A stretch of 64,000 bases of DNA from Anaeramoeba ignava BMAN (Eukaryota > Protista > Anaeramoebae): contig JAPDFW010000010.1 in NCBI GenBank assembly GCA_028826165.1, positions 1 through 64,000 of the forward strand. Direction: 5' to 3'. Numbering within the stretch: position 1 is the first letter of the stretch; each line of letters begins with the position of its first letter. A program made the translations under genes and the position numbers. Shown here piece after piece: positions 1-12,592 of the stretch. The notes under the pieces were generated by a model. It had not been told where the DNA came from. It worked only from the letters and a program-made list of their open reading frames with translations, and did no database searches.

Positions 1-3000
1 AAATGCGAATGATATTATGGATACTCTTAATCAACCTGAATGGATCAAAATGATCAATGAAGTTTTCCATCCAGAATCAAAAAAGATGAAGAATGATCAA
101 GAGATTTATTGCCATCTTTATGCACAAGATATAATACAAAAAATGAGCGATTTGGATCATGAAAATTATGAGAAGTTATTTGAAAAATTAGGATCAGAAA
201 AAATCAAGTCAATAAGAAAAGAGATCTTTATCAGATGGTTTTCATCGAAAGTAAAGGAAGAAAACCAAAGAATTGTGAGATTTATTTCATTGAAAGAAAA
301 AATGAAGAATAAAGCAAGTAGGAAATGGAGATTGGCATATCAAAATCTTACAAATGAAAGAGGACCTTGGGGATCATTAGATTTAAATGCAAATTCGGAT
401 TCACAAACAAAAAAGGAATTACATTGGAAATTGGATAAAAGAGAAGATTCTTCACATCGCAGAAGAAAATTTAAACCAAATTATAATTTTGATGATCATT
501 TTGAAGCTTCAATAAGAAGAGATCAAGGTTCAAAAGAAATTGCAGATAAAATTATTGATGAAATGAATGAGAAAATGAAGCAACAATTATTGAATCAACA
601 AAAAAAGGAAGGAATCAATATAATTGCAGATTTTAATCAAAATTTCGCACATGAAACACAAGATGAAAGTGAAAATGATGAAATGGAGAATAGAGATGGA
701 GAAAATGAAAATAATTTGGAAGAGTTTGAAGGAATTGAAATTGTAAGTTCTCAAAATAAAAGTGGAGATTTAACTAATTTGCAAACTATATCAGATGGGA
801 ATTCCAATATAAAATCAAATTTTTCGAAGAAAGCCATTTCAATTAGAATAAAATGCCAAATAATCACACCTTTAGTTTCAACACCAGGATATTTTGAAAT
901 TACACCAGATTCAATTAGTTTTATTCAAGATCAAGATGCTATTGATGTAATTAAGTCTAAAACTGTTAATAAATATAATAGTAATAAGGATGCTGATATT
1001 TTTGAAAAGAATCGAAGTTGGAAATTAAAGCAAATCAGAGAAATGCATAAAAGAATCTATCATTTCAGACAATCTGCAATTGAAATATTTTTTATGAATA
1101 GAACAAGTTTCTTTTTTAATTTTGATAAAAAAATAAGAAATCAAATTTATAATAAGATTATATCAATGAAACCTGAAAACTTGAGGAATTTGGAATCAAA
1201 AACACAAAAATCATTACTTAGAAAATCTCAAATAACCAAAAAATGGCAGAAAAGACAAATTACAAATTTTGATTATCTGATGGAACTTAATATAATTGCA
1301 GGAAGAAGTTACAATGATATATCACAATATCCTGTTTTTCCATGGATAATATCAAATTATGAAAGTGAAGAATTGGATTTAAAAGATGAGAAAAATTATC
1401 GAGATTTATCAAAACCAATGGGAGCATTAAATGAAGAAAGATTACAAGAATTTATACAGAGATATGAAAATTTCCAAGATCCTGATAATGTTATACCACC
1501 ATTTCATTATGGTTCTCATTATTCAAGCATTGGTAAAATATTATTATTATTATTTTTTTATATAAAATATTAATTTAAATTTTTTGTAAATTTTTTTAGC
1601 AATTGTTTTATTCTATTTGATTCGTGTTGAACCATTTACTACTTTAGCAATTAATTTACAAGGTGGAAAATTTGATCATGCTGATAGAATATTTATAGAT
1701 GTTGCAAATACTTGGAAAAATTGTTTAACAAATTCATCAGATGTGAAAGAATTGATTCCTGAATTTTTTTATTTCCCAGAATTTTTACAAAATTTAAACA
1801 AATTTGATCTTGGAAAAAGACAAAGTGGGAAAGTAATTAGTGATGTTGGATTACCCAAATGGGCAAAAACAGCAGAAGAATTTATACAAATGAATAGGAG
1901 AGCTTTAGAAAGTGAATATGTTTCTCAACACTTGAATGAATGGATTGATTTGATATTTGGATTTAAGCAAAGAGGAAAAGAAGCAGTTAAATCCCACAAT
2001 GTTTTTTATTATCTCACTTATGAAAATGCAGTTAATATTGATTTAATAACTGATGAAAATGAAAGAGCTTCTATTGAGCAACAAATTGAATATTTTGGAC
2101 AAACACCATCTCAATTATTCACAAAACCTCATCCAAAACGATTTTCTTTAGAGGAATCAAATGGATTACCAATTTTTTGGGATTTTACAAATAAATCAAA
2201 TATGAAGGCTTATTTTGTTCAAGCTTCTAAATCTCCAATTTTATATATTAATTCTAATTCTAATTCAAAAATATTTGTTTTAGATTCTTCAAGATATTTA
2301 TCAATATATCAATTAAATACATCATCAAATATTGCAGGTTATTTAAATATATCAAATAAAAAGGCGCTTAGTAACAATAATCAATCAATAGAACCAACAT
2401 TTGCACTTAATGATATCACAACAAAAACAGTAGATGAAATTCAATTTGAAGAAAAATTCAATTCAATTTTCCAGAATAATAAAAATATATCCCCACTTCA
2501 TTCCAAAGAGGCTATACTTTTTGAACAAGAAACACAAAGTAAAATGAATAGGAAAAAAATAGGAGTTTCTTTTGCTACTGAGCTGACAAGATTTTCTAAT
2601 TGTTTTGAAATTTGTCAAAATGAAAAGATATTTTTAAGTTGCGGATATTGGGATAACAGCTTTAAATTATCAAATACAGAGAATGCAAAACTAATACAAT
2701 CAATCAATCATCATAAAGATATTGTAACGTGTTTAGCGATTGATGGAGATATTCTTGTTACTGGATCTCGAGACACAACTGTTGCTGTTTGGAAGTTGAA
2801 TTTAAAAGAAGGAAAAGTGGATGAAAAACCAACTAAAATTCTTTATGGACATGATGATGAAGTAAGCTGTATTGCATTAAGTTGTGAACTTGATATTGTT
2901 GTGAGTGGATCTAAGGATGGGAGTTGTATTATCCACAATCTCAGTTCAGGAATATATTACAAATCTATATTTTTATCACAAGATTTATCATTTAAAATTC

Positions 3001-3335
3001 CAGTTTCAATGTTAAAATTATCAACAGAAGGACATATTTTAGTTTTTTCTGAAAATGATAGAACATTAAGATTATTTAGTGTGAATGGAAATTTGATTTG
3101 TTTAAAATCCATTTCTGAGAACATTATTGATTGGAGATTAACTCAAAATTCACAATATTTAATAATAGGAAGTGAAAGAGGAATTATTGATGTTTTGGAA
3201 TTGGTTAATTTTAATTTAGTTCAAAGTTATGAATTTAACCAAACAGTAAAATCATTATGTTTAGTAAATGAAGATCGTTCAATTCTTTCAGGATTTGAAA
3301 ATGGATATTTATTATTTGGAATTTGGCAATTTTAA
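1..3335 (+). CDS. BEACH-domain protein (DUF1088-like, PH, BEACH, WD40; neurobeachin/LRBA family), 5' part probably outside the window
   Basis: Motifs [67 protein letters not shown] and C-terminal WD40s. GT-AG intron 1533-1599 joins HYSSI|[13 protein letters not shown] in frame. Confidence 0.95.
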
Positions 3336-3402
3336 ATTTAAAGAATTTGGATTAAAATTTTTGAATTAAAATTTAAATTAAAATTTGAATTTCTTTTTTT
3401 AT

Positions 3403-4390
3403 TTAATTCATTTCAAATTCTGATCGATTTCTTTGAATAAGATTTCTATTTGGAAAATGAATTCCAATATAATCATTTTTCTTAATAAAAAAATAAAATA
3501 AAAGAATAAAAACAGCAAGACTTAAAAGAAATAAAACCATAGAAACAGTAGGAGAAATAGAAATAGTATCTGCATGAAGAAAGAAAATCAAGACCATTGT
3601 ATTATTAAGAATATGTGAAATAATTGAAGGGAAAATAGAATCAGTTCTTGAAGCAAAATTTCCAAAAATATAACCCAATAAAAATTTATAAAGAAAACCG
3701 AAAAAAGAGAAATCAAAATGAGAAAATGAAAAAATAAGTGAAGTTATTAATATCGCTTTCTTTATGTTTTGGAAATTGTATTCCATCACTTTTTGCATAA
3801 ATCCTCGAAAGAATATTTCTTCACAAATTCCTGGTAATAAACTAATTGAAATCCAAACCAAAAAAACTGGTTCATTTGAGTCATTTAGTATATTTTCTTC
3901 AGAATCTTTTTGTTCTTGTATTGAAAATATGAAAAAGACAAATGAATCAACAAAGTTGAGTGTAATAAGCATTGAGAATAATAATATAGATTTGCTAAGG
4001 CTTTTTTTTTAAATTTTAATTTTAAATCAATTTTATAAATGAATTTTAATTTTAATTTTAATTTTACTTTGAAATAGAAAAACGTAAAATAAACTTCCAA
4101 TCATATTTTGCAAATTTTAAATATAAAATTGGAACAAATGCAAAGGATAATGTCATAAATGAAACAAAAAAAAATATTCCTTGTCCTAAATCAGTCAAAG
4201 ATACTAGAAACCCTAAAATAAATACAATTACAATATAATCAACAATTAACAAAATAATTGGATATTTTGTTCTTGGAATATTTTCTTGTATTTGTTGTTG
4301 AAGTAAGTTTTGTTGTTCTATGTTTCCATCAGGTAAATCAGGAAGATCATGTAAATCAATTTGAGTTTCTAGTTGATTTGAATCATCCAT
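3403..4390 (-). CDS. CPBP/Abi family (type II CAAX) intramembrane glutamic protease
   Basis: EEIFFRG, FSFSH and HILNN motifs with transmembrane segments. One intron at about 4066-4001 joins ..FSISN|LSKSILL.. in frame. Start MDDSNQ at 4390. Confidence 0.9.
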
Positions 4391-4454
4391 TTTAATATCA
4401 AAAAAAAAATAATTCAAAAATAATAAAATGAAAAATGAAAAATGAAAAATGTTT

Positions 4455-6475
4455 TTTTGGATTTTGATTTAAAATTGATTTAAAATTAATTTAAAATTGA
4501 TTTAAAATTGATATAAAATTAATTTAAATTTGATATAAAATTGATTTAAAATTAATATAAAATTGATTTAAAATTGATTTAAAATTGATTTAAATTTGAT
4601 TTAAAATTAATATAAAATTGATATAAAATTGATTTAAAATTGATTTAAAATTAATATAAAATTGATTTAAAATTGATTTAAAATTGATATAAAATTGATT
4701 TAAAATTGATTTAAAATTGATTTAAAATTTGATTTAAAATTAATATAAAATTGATATAAAATTGATTTAAAATTAATATAAAATTGATTTAAAATTGATA
4801 TAAAATTGATTTAAAATTGATTTAAAATTGATTTAAAATTGATTTTAAAATTAATTTAAAATTGATTTAAAATTAATATAAAATTGATTTAAAATTGATT
4901 TAAAATTGATTTAAAATTGATTTAAAATTGATTTAAAATTGATTTAAAATTGATTTAAAATTGATTTAAAATTGATTTAAAATTGATTTAAAATTAATTT
5001 AAAATTGATTTAAAATTGATTTAAAATTGATTTAAAATTGATTTAAAATTGATATAAAATTGATTTAAAATTGATTTAAAATTGATTTAAAAATTGATTT
5101 AAAATTGATATAAAATTGATTTAAAATTAATATAAAATTGATTTAAAATTGATTTAAAATTGATATAAAATTGATTTAAAATTGATATAAAATTGATTTA
5201 AAATTGATTTTAAAATTGATTTAAAATTGATTTAAAAATTGATTTAAAAATTGATATAAAATTGATTTAAAATTGATATAAAAATTGATATAAAATTGAT
5301 TTAAAAAAATATAAAATTGATATAAAATTGATATAAAATTGATTTAAAATTGATTTAAAATTGATTTTAAAATTGATATAAAATTGATATAAAATTGATT
5401 TAAAATTGATATAAAAATTGATATAAATTTTGATTTAAAAATTGATTTTGAAATTGATTTAAAATTGATTTGAAATTGATTTAAAATTGATTTGAAATTG
5501 ATTTAAAAATTTTGAAATTGATTTAAAATTGATTTAAAATTGATATAAAATTGATATAAAATTGATATAAAATTGATATAAAATTGATTTAAAATTGATT
5601 TAAAATTGATTTAAAAATTGATTTAAAATTGATATAAAATTGATATAAAATTGATATAAAATTGATATAAAATTGATATAAAATTGATTTAAAATTGATT
5701 TAAAATTGATTTAAAATTAATATAAAATTGATTTAAAATTGATATAAAATTGATTTAAAATTGATATAAAATTGATTTAAAATTGATTTAAAATTGATAT
5801 AAAATTGATTTAAAATTGATTTAAAATTGATATAAAATTGATTTAAAATTGATTTAAAATTGATTTAAAATTGATATAAAATTGATTTAAAATTGATTTA
5901 AAATTGATATAAAATTGATTTAAAATTGATATAAAATTGATATAAAACTGATTTAAAATTGATTTAAAATTGATATAAAATTGATTTAAAATTGATATAA
6001 AATTGATTTAAAATTGATATAAAATTGATTTAAAATTGATTTAAAATTGATTTAAAATTAATATAAAATTAATTTAAAATTGAATTAAAATTGATATAAA
6101 ATTGATTTAAAATTGATATAAAATTGATTTAAAATTGAAAAAATTGATAAAAATTGAAAAATGATTTAAAATGAATTGATTTAAAATTGATTTAAAATTA
6201 ATATAAAATTGATATAAAATTGATTTAAAATTGATTTAAAATTGATATAAAATTGATTTAAAATTGATTTAAAATTGATTTAAAATTGATTTAAAATTGA
6301 TATAAAATTGATTTAAAATTGATATAAAATTGATTTAAAATTGATTTAAAATTGATTTAAAATTGATTTAAAATTGATTTAAAATTGATATAAAATTGAT
6401 TTAAAATTGATATAAAATTGATTTAAAATTGAATTTGGATTTGGATTGGGATTTGAAATTGATTTAAAATTGATT
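4455..6475. repeat. ~2-kb intergenic tandem array of an 11-bp unit (AAAATTGATTT/AAAATTGATAT)
   Basis: Periodicity is directly visible. Confidence 0.97.
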
Positions 6476-6548
6476 TGGAATAAAAAAAATCAATTATGAA
6501 AAAAAAAATCGCTTTCAAAAAAAAAAGGAAATGAATGATAAAAAATAT

Positions 6549-7142
6549 TTAATCCCAATCATCATCATTATCATTTTTTTTCTTTTGGTTATCATCAGAA
6601 TCAGAAGATTGTTCATTAGCCATTAAAAGATCCATAAATTTTGTACTTCCTTCCATTGGTTTAAAATGAGATTTATCAACATCTCTTTTTGCTCTTTTGA
6701 GAACAACAACGGATTGAATAAATCTTGAGTCTCTATCAGTATCAATAAGAATACTATCACCAACTCCAATATTTTCATCACCAGCAATTGTTGGCCAACC
6801 ATAAAAATCTTCTTCATTTTGACTTAATTTATTTTTTTCCTCAATTGTTTCAAAACATTCAATTGATTTTCTTAATTGAATAAATGATGCTCTTTCTCCC
6901 TTTTTATCTGATTTATTATTGTCTTTTATTCGTATTTCTTTTATTTCTATTGTTATTGCTTCATATGCTTTTTGTGAATCGCTTGTTGTTTTTGATTTTA
7001 AATATTTTGTGAATTTCTCTTTTCTTCTTATGAAATGTTTCCGAAGTTTTTTTACTTCTCCTGTTATTACAAATCCATTTCCATAAATGTTTTTTTCTGG
7101 TGGCCATTTATCTTTTTCCCAACCTGATATTGTTGCTGTCAT
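6549..7142 (-). CDS. Hypothetical protein (~197 aa, acidic C-terminus)
   Basis: Non-repetitive ORF. Probable ATG (MTATISGW) at 7142, just downstream of a TCATTTTT array. No family recognised. Confidence 0.75.
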   Translation of the reverse strand: MTATISGWEKDKWPPEKNIYGNGFVITGEVKKLRKHFIRRKEKFTKYLKSKTTSDSQKAYEAITIEIKEIRIKDNNKSDKKGERASFIQLRKSIECFETIEEKNKLSQNEEDFYGWPTIAGDENIGVGDSILIDTDRDSRFIQSVVVLKRAKRDVDKSHFKPMEGSTKFMDLLMANEQSSDSDDNQKKKNDNDDDWD

Positions 7143-7149
7143 TATTAAA

Positions 7150-7210
7150 AAAAAATGAAAAAATGAAAAAATGAAAAAATGAAAAAATGAAAAATGAAAA
7201 AATGAAAAAA
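7150..7210 (-). promoter_or_regulatory. Tandem TCATTTTT (Inr-like) array just upstream of the start codon; one example of a recurrent element
   Basis: The same oriented element precedes the ATGs at 4390, 7142, 15361, 20533, 24559, 27215, 32608, 34822, 46431, 53046, 54515 and 61166. Confidence 0.55.
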
Positions 7211-7219
7211 GCAAAAATT

Positions 7220-7965
7220 TTATAATTAAAATTTAAAATATTCTTAAAATAAAATTTTAATAAAAAATAATTAAATTATTTAAATTAAAATTATTAAATA
7301 TTTAAATAAAAATTAATCAAAAAAAAGTGGAATTGAAAATTTAATAAATAAAATAATAAATAATTTAATTAATTTCAAAAATAATTAAAATTTAAAATAT
7401 TTTTAAAATGAAATTTTAATAAAAAATAATTAAATTATTTAAATTAAAATTATTAAATATTTAAATAAAAAATTAATAAAAAAAAGTGGAATTGAAAATT
7501 TAATAAATAAAATAATAATTAATTTAATTAATTTCAAAAATAATTAAAATTTAAAATATTTTTAAATTAAAATTTTAATAAAAATATTTAAATTATTTAA
7601 ATTAAAATTATTAAATATTTAAATAAAAATTAATCAAAAAAAAGTGGAATTGAAAATTTAATAAATAAAATAATAAATAATTTAATTAATTTCAAAAATA
7701 AATTAAAATTTAGAATATTTTTAAATTGGAATTTTAATAAAAAATAATTAAATTATTTAAATTAAAATTATTAAAAATTTAAATAAAAAATTAATAAAAA
7801 AAAGTGGAATTGAAAATTTAATAAATAAAATAATAATTAATTTAATTAATTTCAAAAATAATTAAAATTTAAAATATTTTTAAATTGAAATTTTAATAAA
7901 AAATAATTAAATTATTTAAATTAAAATTATTAAAAATTTAGATAAAAATTAATCAAAAAAATTAA
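7220..7965. repeat. Satellite-like array, ~159-bp unit x ~4.6, in a divergent promoter region
   Basis: The marker AAAGTGGAATTGAAAATTT recurs with GTGG at 7327, 7486, 7644 and 7804. Confidence 0.92.
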
Positions 7966-8071
7966 TTACACGTGGAATATTTTAGTATAAAAGAAAAAAA
8001 TTTTTTTGATTTTTTTTTTTCATTTTTTTTTCCTTTTTTTAATCTAATTTAATTTAATAAAAAATATAAAA

Positions 8072-11000
8072 ATGGAATTTGATTCACCAGATTTATCACA
8101 AGATTTAACAGGACTTCCACAAGAATTACAAAAAACAATACATTTTGGAATGAGCGATTTACCAAATTTTGGGCAAATAGAAGGAGCAATTCCAAGTATA
8201 GAAAAAATACAAAATCAAGCATTTGATCAAGAATTACAAGAAAGATTAATACAAAAAGCATTACAATCATTAAAAAAGCCACAAACAATGAATAAAAATG
8301 AGGGTAAATTTCGGTTACCATCAAAAATGATAATTGGATATGATAAAGATGGGTTTCCGTTAATTAAATCTTATAATCTTGATCACGATCTTGATTCAAT
8401 ATTTCGAGTTTCACAAAATAAAAACAAACTTCGCGAAATTGCAATGCGAAATGAAAGCGAATTCAAGAATTTCTATGAGGAAATTGAGGTTCAAGAAAAT
8501 GAAGAAGATTTATTTAGAAGACTTAAGATTATTGTTCCTGATTCCAAAGTAAACACTCAATTATCCGCAATAAATGATGAAAACAAACATATTAATCGAG
8601 GAGGAATTGCGCAATTAAATCTCAAAATGGAGAATAATCGAAGAGATCGAGATCAAGATCAAGATCAAGAAATTAAAATTGATCGTGAATATTCGAGTGT
8701 TTTTGAACCTGTTCAACAATATCAATGGGAAAATCGAATTCTTTATGAAATACAAGATGGAAATGGAAATGGAAATGAAATCAATCAAAATTATGAAACT
8801 TCTCCTCGTGAAGATCTTCATTTATTATCACCTCGAATGAATTCGCAAAAGGATGCAATCGATCGTGAAAATCAATATGAATCAACAGCTTATCAACAAG
8901 AAAAAGAAGAAAATGAAGAAAATGAAGAAAAAGATGAAAATGAATTTAATATGATTAATGATGAAAATACCCTGAATTCAACAAGTTCTGATTTACAGAA
9001 TTTAACAGGAAAATTAAACGAAATTGTTTCGACTATTGTTTCTCGTCCAAATGCTATTGAAAAGCCAGAATGGAGCGGGAAAGTGACAAATATTTCTGGA
9101 AGAACGATTGAGGATCAAAAAGAAGAGCTTCGAAGACGCAAAATAATTGCACAAGAGAAATGGAGGAAGCTTGAAGAGGATTATCAAGTGTGGTCGAAAT
9201 TCAAGCTTCGCAACGAAGAGCTTGAGGAGAATAATTGGGTTGAGGATATTTTGTGGGAGGATATCAATGAGGAAAATGGAGGTGTTGAATCACGGATTGA
9301 ATCAATGATTGAATTGGAAAATGAAGAAAATAAGGATGTGAATCGTGAGGATGAATTAAGTTTGAATTTGAGTTTGAATTCGAATTTGGAGGAAAATGAA
9401 AATAATTCAAATTTGGAAGAGAATTCAAACAACCAAACAAATATAAATATTTTAGATGGCGAAAAAAATGAACGAAAAATTCAGACATTCAAAAACTTCA
9501 CCAATTTCAAAACACAGAGTAATTTGCAACGGACAAAAACACCTCCGCTGATAATTGATTTAAATGATCGAGATCAAATATTCGATTCCCGACCTGGAGC
9601 AAACCCTGTTGTGTTTCCACTTACGCAGTTTTCACGGGAAGAATTTCAGATGGATTTTGAAAAACGAAAAAAGGGAATGCGAAAAAACAAGCTTGCACAT
9701 CGCGAACAAAACCCAAAGGACAAGTTCTTCAACGAGGAAACAATCAACAAGGAGTCGTGGAGAAAATATAACATTTCCAACGACGTGTATTACGCAAAAA
9801 TGATCCACAAAAAAAACAGACACACTTATATCAATCGGGTGCAAATCAAGCATTCGGAACCAGCACTCAGATTAGAAGGCGTAAATGACACATGGACAGT
9901 TGATAGGCTGCGGAGATTCCATCGCAAAACAATCGCCAAAGAAATGATAGGCGTGCCTTTGAGGTTGCATAAGTGCAGAGAGAAGCAAACCCCAACAAAG
10001 AAAAAATTCATCAACGGACTTTATCGTGTTGATGTCGCACCTAGTGAGCACTTTAGAAAGGCAAAGGATCTCTCTGCGCGCTATGGAAACATTGCGTTGT
10101 TGGAATATCTCGACAATCCACAACCCACAATTGTGATGAATTTCGGAATGAATTCGCGTATCATTTCTTATTATACAAAAAAAGAAAAAAATATTCCAAT
10201 CAAAAAAAGAAAATCACGAATTTCTCCGCAACAGCCGATCAAGCGGGGACGCACATCCCTAAAACACAAAAATACTCCGCAATCAGCAGGTCTTTCACAG
10301 AAAAAGACTCTACAGAATACACCGCGAGTGAGCGGGAAAAAAAACATAAACAAACCAAATCAAACGAACCAAAATCTGTCACTTTTTCAAACACCAATCA
10401 GACACAAAGAGGATGAAGGGATTTTTCCAAGTCCACAAGACATGGAAGATATCAGCGAGCAGATGAAAGAAACCGACGAGATTGGAGAGAAACCTGATAA
10501 CGGACTCGAGGATGATTTGGGAAGGAAAAAAACAGGATCTTTGGTTGATGATCTGCAATTGCCCTACATGCCCAAGCCGATCGAGACAACAAATCTCGAG
10601 GACGAGCTTGCGGCAGAGACAAAAGAGAACGACAACACGCAAATCCGGGAGGAGGTGATCAAGATTGATAAGACATATTGTCCGTTTATTGCGAATCTTC
10701 CTGAAGGGAAAAAAATGCTTTCGTTAGAAAACAACATGTTTCGTGCGCCAATAGCCGAACATACAGCGCCAGAGACAGACTTTTTAGTCATTCGCGGACG
10801 CAACGGCAAGTTGTATATCCGAGAGATCAGTCGGATTGTTGTTGTGGGACAGACACAACCGTTGATTCCTGTGTATATTCCGAAGTCACGAGAAACACAA
10901 CAAGTGCAAAAGGAAAGGTTACTAGTGCATATTTATCGCACTTACAACCGCGGGAAGAACCAAGTGATCCGCATTTCGGATCTTCAGTCAAAATTCCCAC

Positions 11001-12454
11001 AATTTTCGGAAATGTTCATCCGAAAATCGCTCAAAGGAGTAGCTGATTTTCAACGAGGCGGAGCCGAAAGCGGATCATGGATTTTTGATTCGGATCGCGT
11101 CTCGATCACGGAAGAAGAAATTCAGGCACTAGTAACGCCTGAGAAACTATGCACATATGAATCTATGCTTTTTGGACACCAGAAATTACTTGACTATGGA
11201 GTCACTAATATTCTCAGTTTGGCATCTGTTTCACCTCAATTACGACAATTTTCAAAAATACAAAATAATCCGCTCAAGCAACGAGTGTCTGCGCTTGAAG
11301 ACTTTCTACTCTATGCACCGTGGGAGATTGCCAACAATTTCCGCGAGGCAATGAACGGGAAATTTGTGAGACTTCCTGATATCGACGGCGGAAAAGGAAT
11401 AACAGAAATTCCACAACGCGCGGCCGCATCTGGTCGTAGATCAAAATCTCAACGCTCTCTCGTTGGGACTCAATGGGATCTCCGCAAACTCAAATTGGAA
11501 GAACTCCAGAGTCTCTGTTTCAAGCACAATATCGCAAACGAAAATACCGTTTATAATACAGAACGTTGGGGTCTTGTAAAGCTCGTTCGCGAGCATTGCT
11601 GTTATCTTGACAGCATCGGCGCTGATTCTCCCCTTGTTAAATTCGCAAGAGGTCCAAGAACACAGTATTCTGGTGACCGCAAAATCTATGTTGAAAAACG
11701 ACAGCAATATTTTGACAGAATGTTGATCAGAATTTCTCAAACTGAAGGCGAATTAATTTCCAAATTTGATTATGATGAAATGGAGGAAGATGTTCTCAAA
11801 CATTTTCTCGGTAAAACCCCGCAAACACACACCTCGCCTTCGAGATCACCTCTGCATTCTCCCACTCTCAACGAGTTTCTGTCTCCTCAAATGACTATTG
11901 CTGAGGAAATCCAGAAATACAATTCTCTTCAAGATTTGATTCAATTAACGCGAATTATTTTCAAAAATTCTCAAATTGTTGTTAAAAAGAAAATCTTCTC
12001 TTTTGATAGTACAAATCTTTCTTTAAACACAGAGATTATTGATGATGAAATACTTGTGCAAAAATACATGTTGAAAAGAGAAAAGGAATTAACTTCTTTT
12101 CGTTTGTCAGATGATTTCCATCTTGATTTAAATGATCTCAAGTTAAAATCTCCACTTGATAATAAAAACCAGAATCAAATTCATTCAAATGAAAATCTTA
12201 ATATTTCTCCTTTTTCTCAAAACTTTTCTCCTAATTTGAATCAATCAACTTTTGAATCGAATTCCAAATCAAATTCAAAATCAAATTCCAAATCAAATCT
12301 TAAATCAAATCTTAAAATTGATAATAAGAATGAAAATTCTTCAAAAAGAGTTACTAGATCAAATCGAAAGAAAAGAGTTACTTTTGAATCTCGATTAGAA
12401 GAAAATTCTGATACTGATTCTTCAGAAGATTCTGATGAAGAATATATTTTATAA
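8072..12454 (+). CDS. TAF1: TFIID subunit 1 (DUF3591 core), intronless, 1460 aa
   Basis: Motifs YNISNDVYY, HSEPALRL, LRRFHR, DLSARYGNIALLEY, MNFGMNSRIISYY, LENNMFRAPIAEH, TDFLVIR, VVGQTQP, VTPEKLCTYESM and APWEI. No bromodomains seen. Confidence 0.92.
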   Translation: MEFDSPDLSQDLTGLPQELQKTIHFGMSDLPNFGQIEGAIPSIEKIQNQAFDQELQERLIQKALQSLKKPQTMNKNEGKFRLPSKMIIGYDKDGFPLIKSYNLDHDLDSIFRVSQNKNKLREIAMRNESEFKNFYEEIEVQENEEDLFRRLKIIVPDSKVNTQLSAINDENKHINRGGIAQLNLKMENNRRDRDQDQDQEIKIDREYSSVFEPVQQYQWENRILYEIQDGNGNGNEINQNYETSPREDLHLLSPRMNSQKDAIDRENQYESTAYQQEKEENEENEEKDENEFNMINDENTLNSTSSDLQNLTGKLNEIVSTIVSRPNAIEKPEWSGKVTNISGRTIEDQKEELRRRKIIAQEKWRKLEEDYQVWSKFKLRNEELEENNWVEDILWEDINEENGGVESRIESMIELENEENKDVNREDELSLNLSLNSNLEENENNSNLEENSNNQTNINILDGEKNERKIQTFKNFTNFKTQSNLQRTKTPPLIIDLNDRDQIFDSRPGANPVVFPLTQFSREEFQMDFEKRKKGMRKNKLAHREQNPKDKFFNEETINKESWRKYNISNDVYYAKMIHKKNRHTYINRVQIKHSEPALRLEGVNDTWTVDRLRRFHRKTIAKEMIGVPLRLHKCREKQTPTKKKFINGLYRVDVAPSEHFRKAKDLSARYGNIALLEYLDNPQPTIVMNFGMNSRIISYYTKKEKNIPIKKRKSRISPQQPIKRGRTSLKHKNTPQSAGLSQKKTLQNTPRVSGKKNINKPNQTNQNLSLFQTPIRHKEDEGIFPSPQDMEDISEQMKETDEIGEKPDNGLEDDLGRKKTGSLVDDLQLPYMPKPIETTNLEDELAAETKENDNTQIREEVIKIDKTYCPFIANLPEGKKMLSLENNMFRAPIAEHTAPETDFLVIRGRNGKLYIREISRIVVVGQTQPLIPVYIPKSRETQQVQKERLLVHIYRTYNRGKNQVIRISDLQSKFPQFSEMFIRKSLKGVADFQRGGAESGSWIFDSDRVSITEEEIQALVTPEKLCTYESMLFGHQKLLDYGVTNILSLASVSPQLRQFSKIQNNPLKQRVSALEDFLLYAPWEIANNFREAMNGKFVRLPDIDGGKGITEIPQRAAASGRRSKSQRSLVGTQWDLRKLKLEELQSLCFKHNIANENTVYNTERWGLVKLVREHCCYLDSIGADSPLVKFARGPRTQYSGDRKIYVEKRQQYFDRMLIRISQTEGELISKFDYDEMEEDVLKHFLGKTPQTHTSPSRSPLHSPTLNEFLSPQMTIAEEIQKYNSLQDLIQLTRIIFKNSQIVVKKKIFSFDSTNLSLNTEIIDDEILVQKYMLKREKELTSFRLSDDFHLDLNDLKLKSPLDNKNQNQIHSNENLNISPFSQNFSPNLNQSTFESNSKSNSKSNSKSNLKSNLKIDNKNENSSKRVTRSNRKKRVTFESRLEENSDTDSSEDSDEEYIL

Positions 12455-12592
12455 AAATTAAAAATTAAAAATTTTAAATTAAAAATTAAAAATTTTAAAT
12501 TAAAAATTAAAAATTAAAAATTAAAAATTAAAAAATTTTGTTTTATTTGATTTAATCTTTTTTTAAATTTTTTTCAATTTTGATTTCTATTC

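Noticed and set aside
1533-1599. Stop-codon readthrough or alternative genetic code to explain split ORFs
   Set aside because: GT-AG introns restore the frames. TAA and TGA terminate genes normally.
3333-3405. Trichomonas-like UAAA polyadenylation signal overlapping stop codons
   Set aside because: Present in only about half of the genes checked and expected by chance at this AT content.
4455-6475. Possible CRISPR array or telomere
   Set aside because: Contiguous degenerate units with no unique spacers, no cas genes, an internal position and no G-rich strand.
10170-10660. Possible intein in the TAF1 insert or other GC-rich cores
   Set aside because: No N-terminal Cys block, no HN-C/S/T end and no LAGLIDADG motif. 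The insert is low-complexity.
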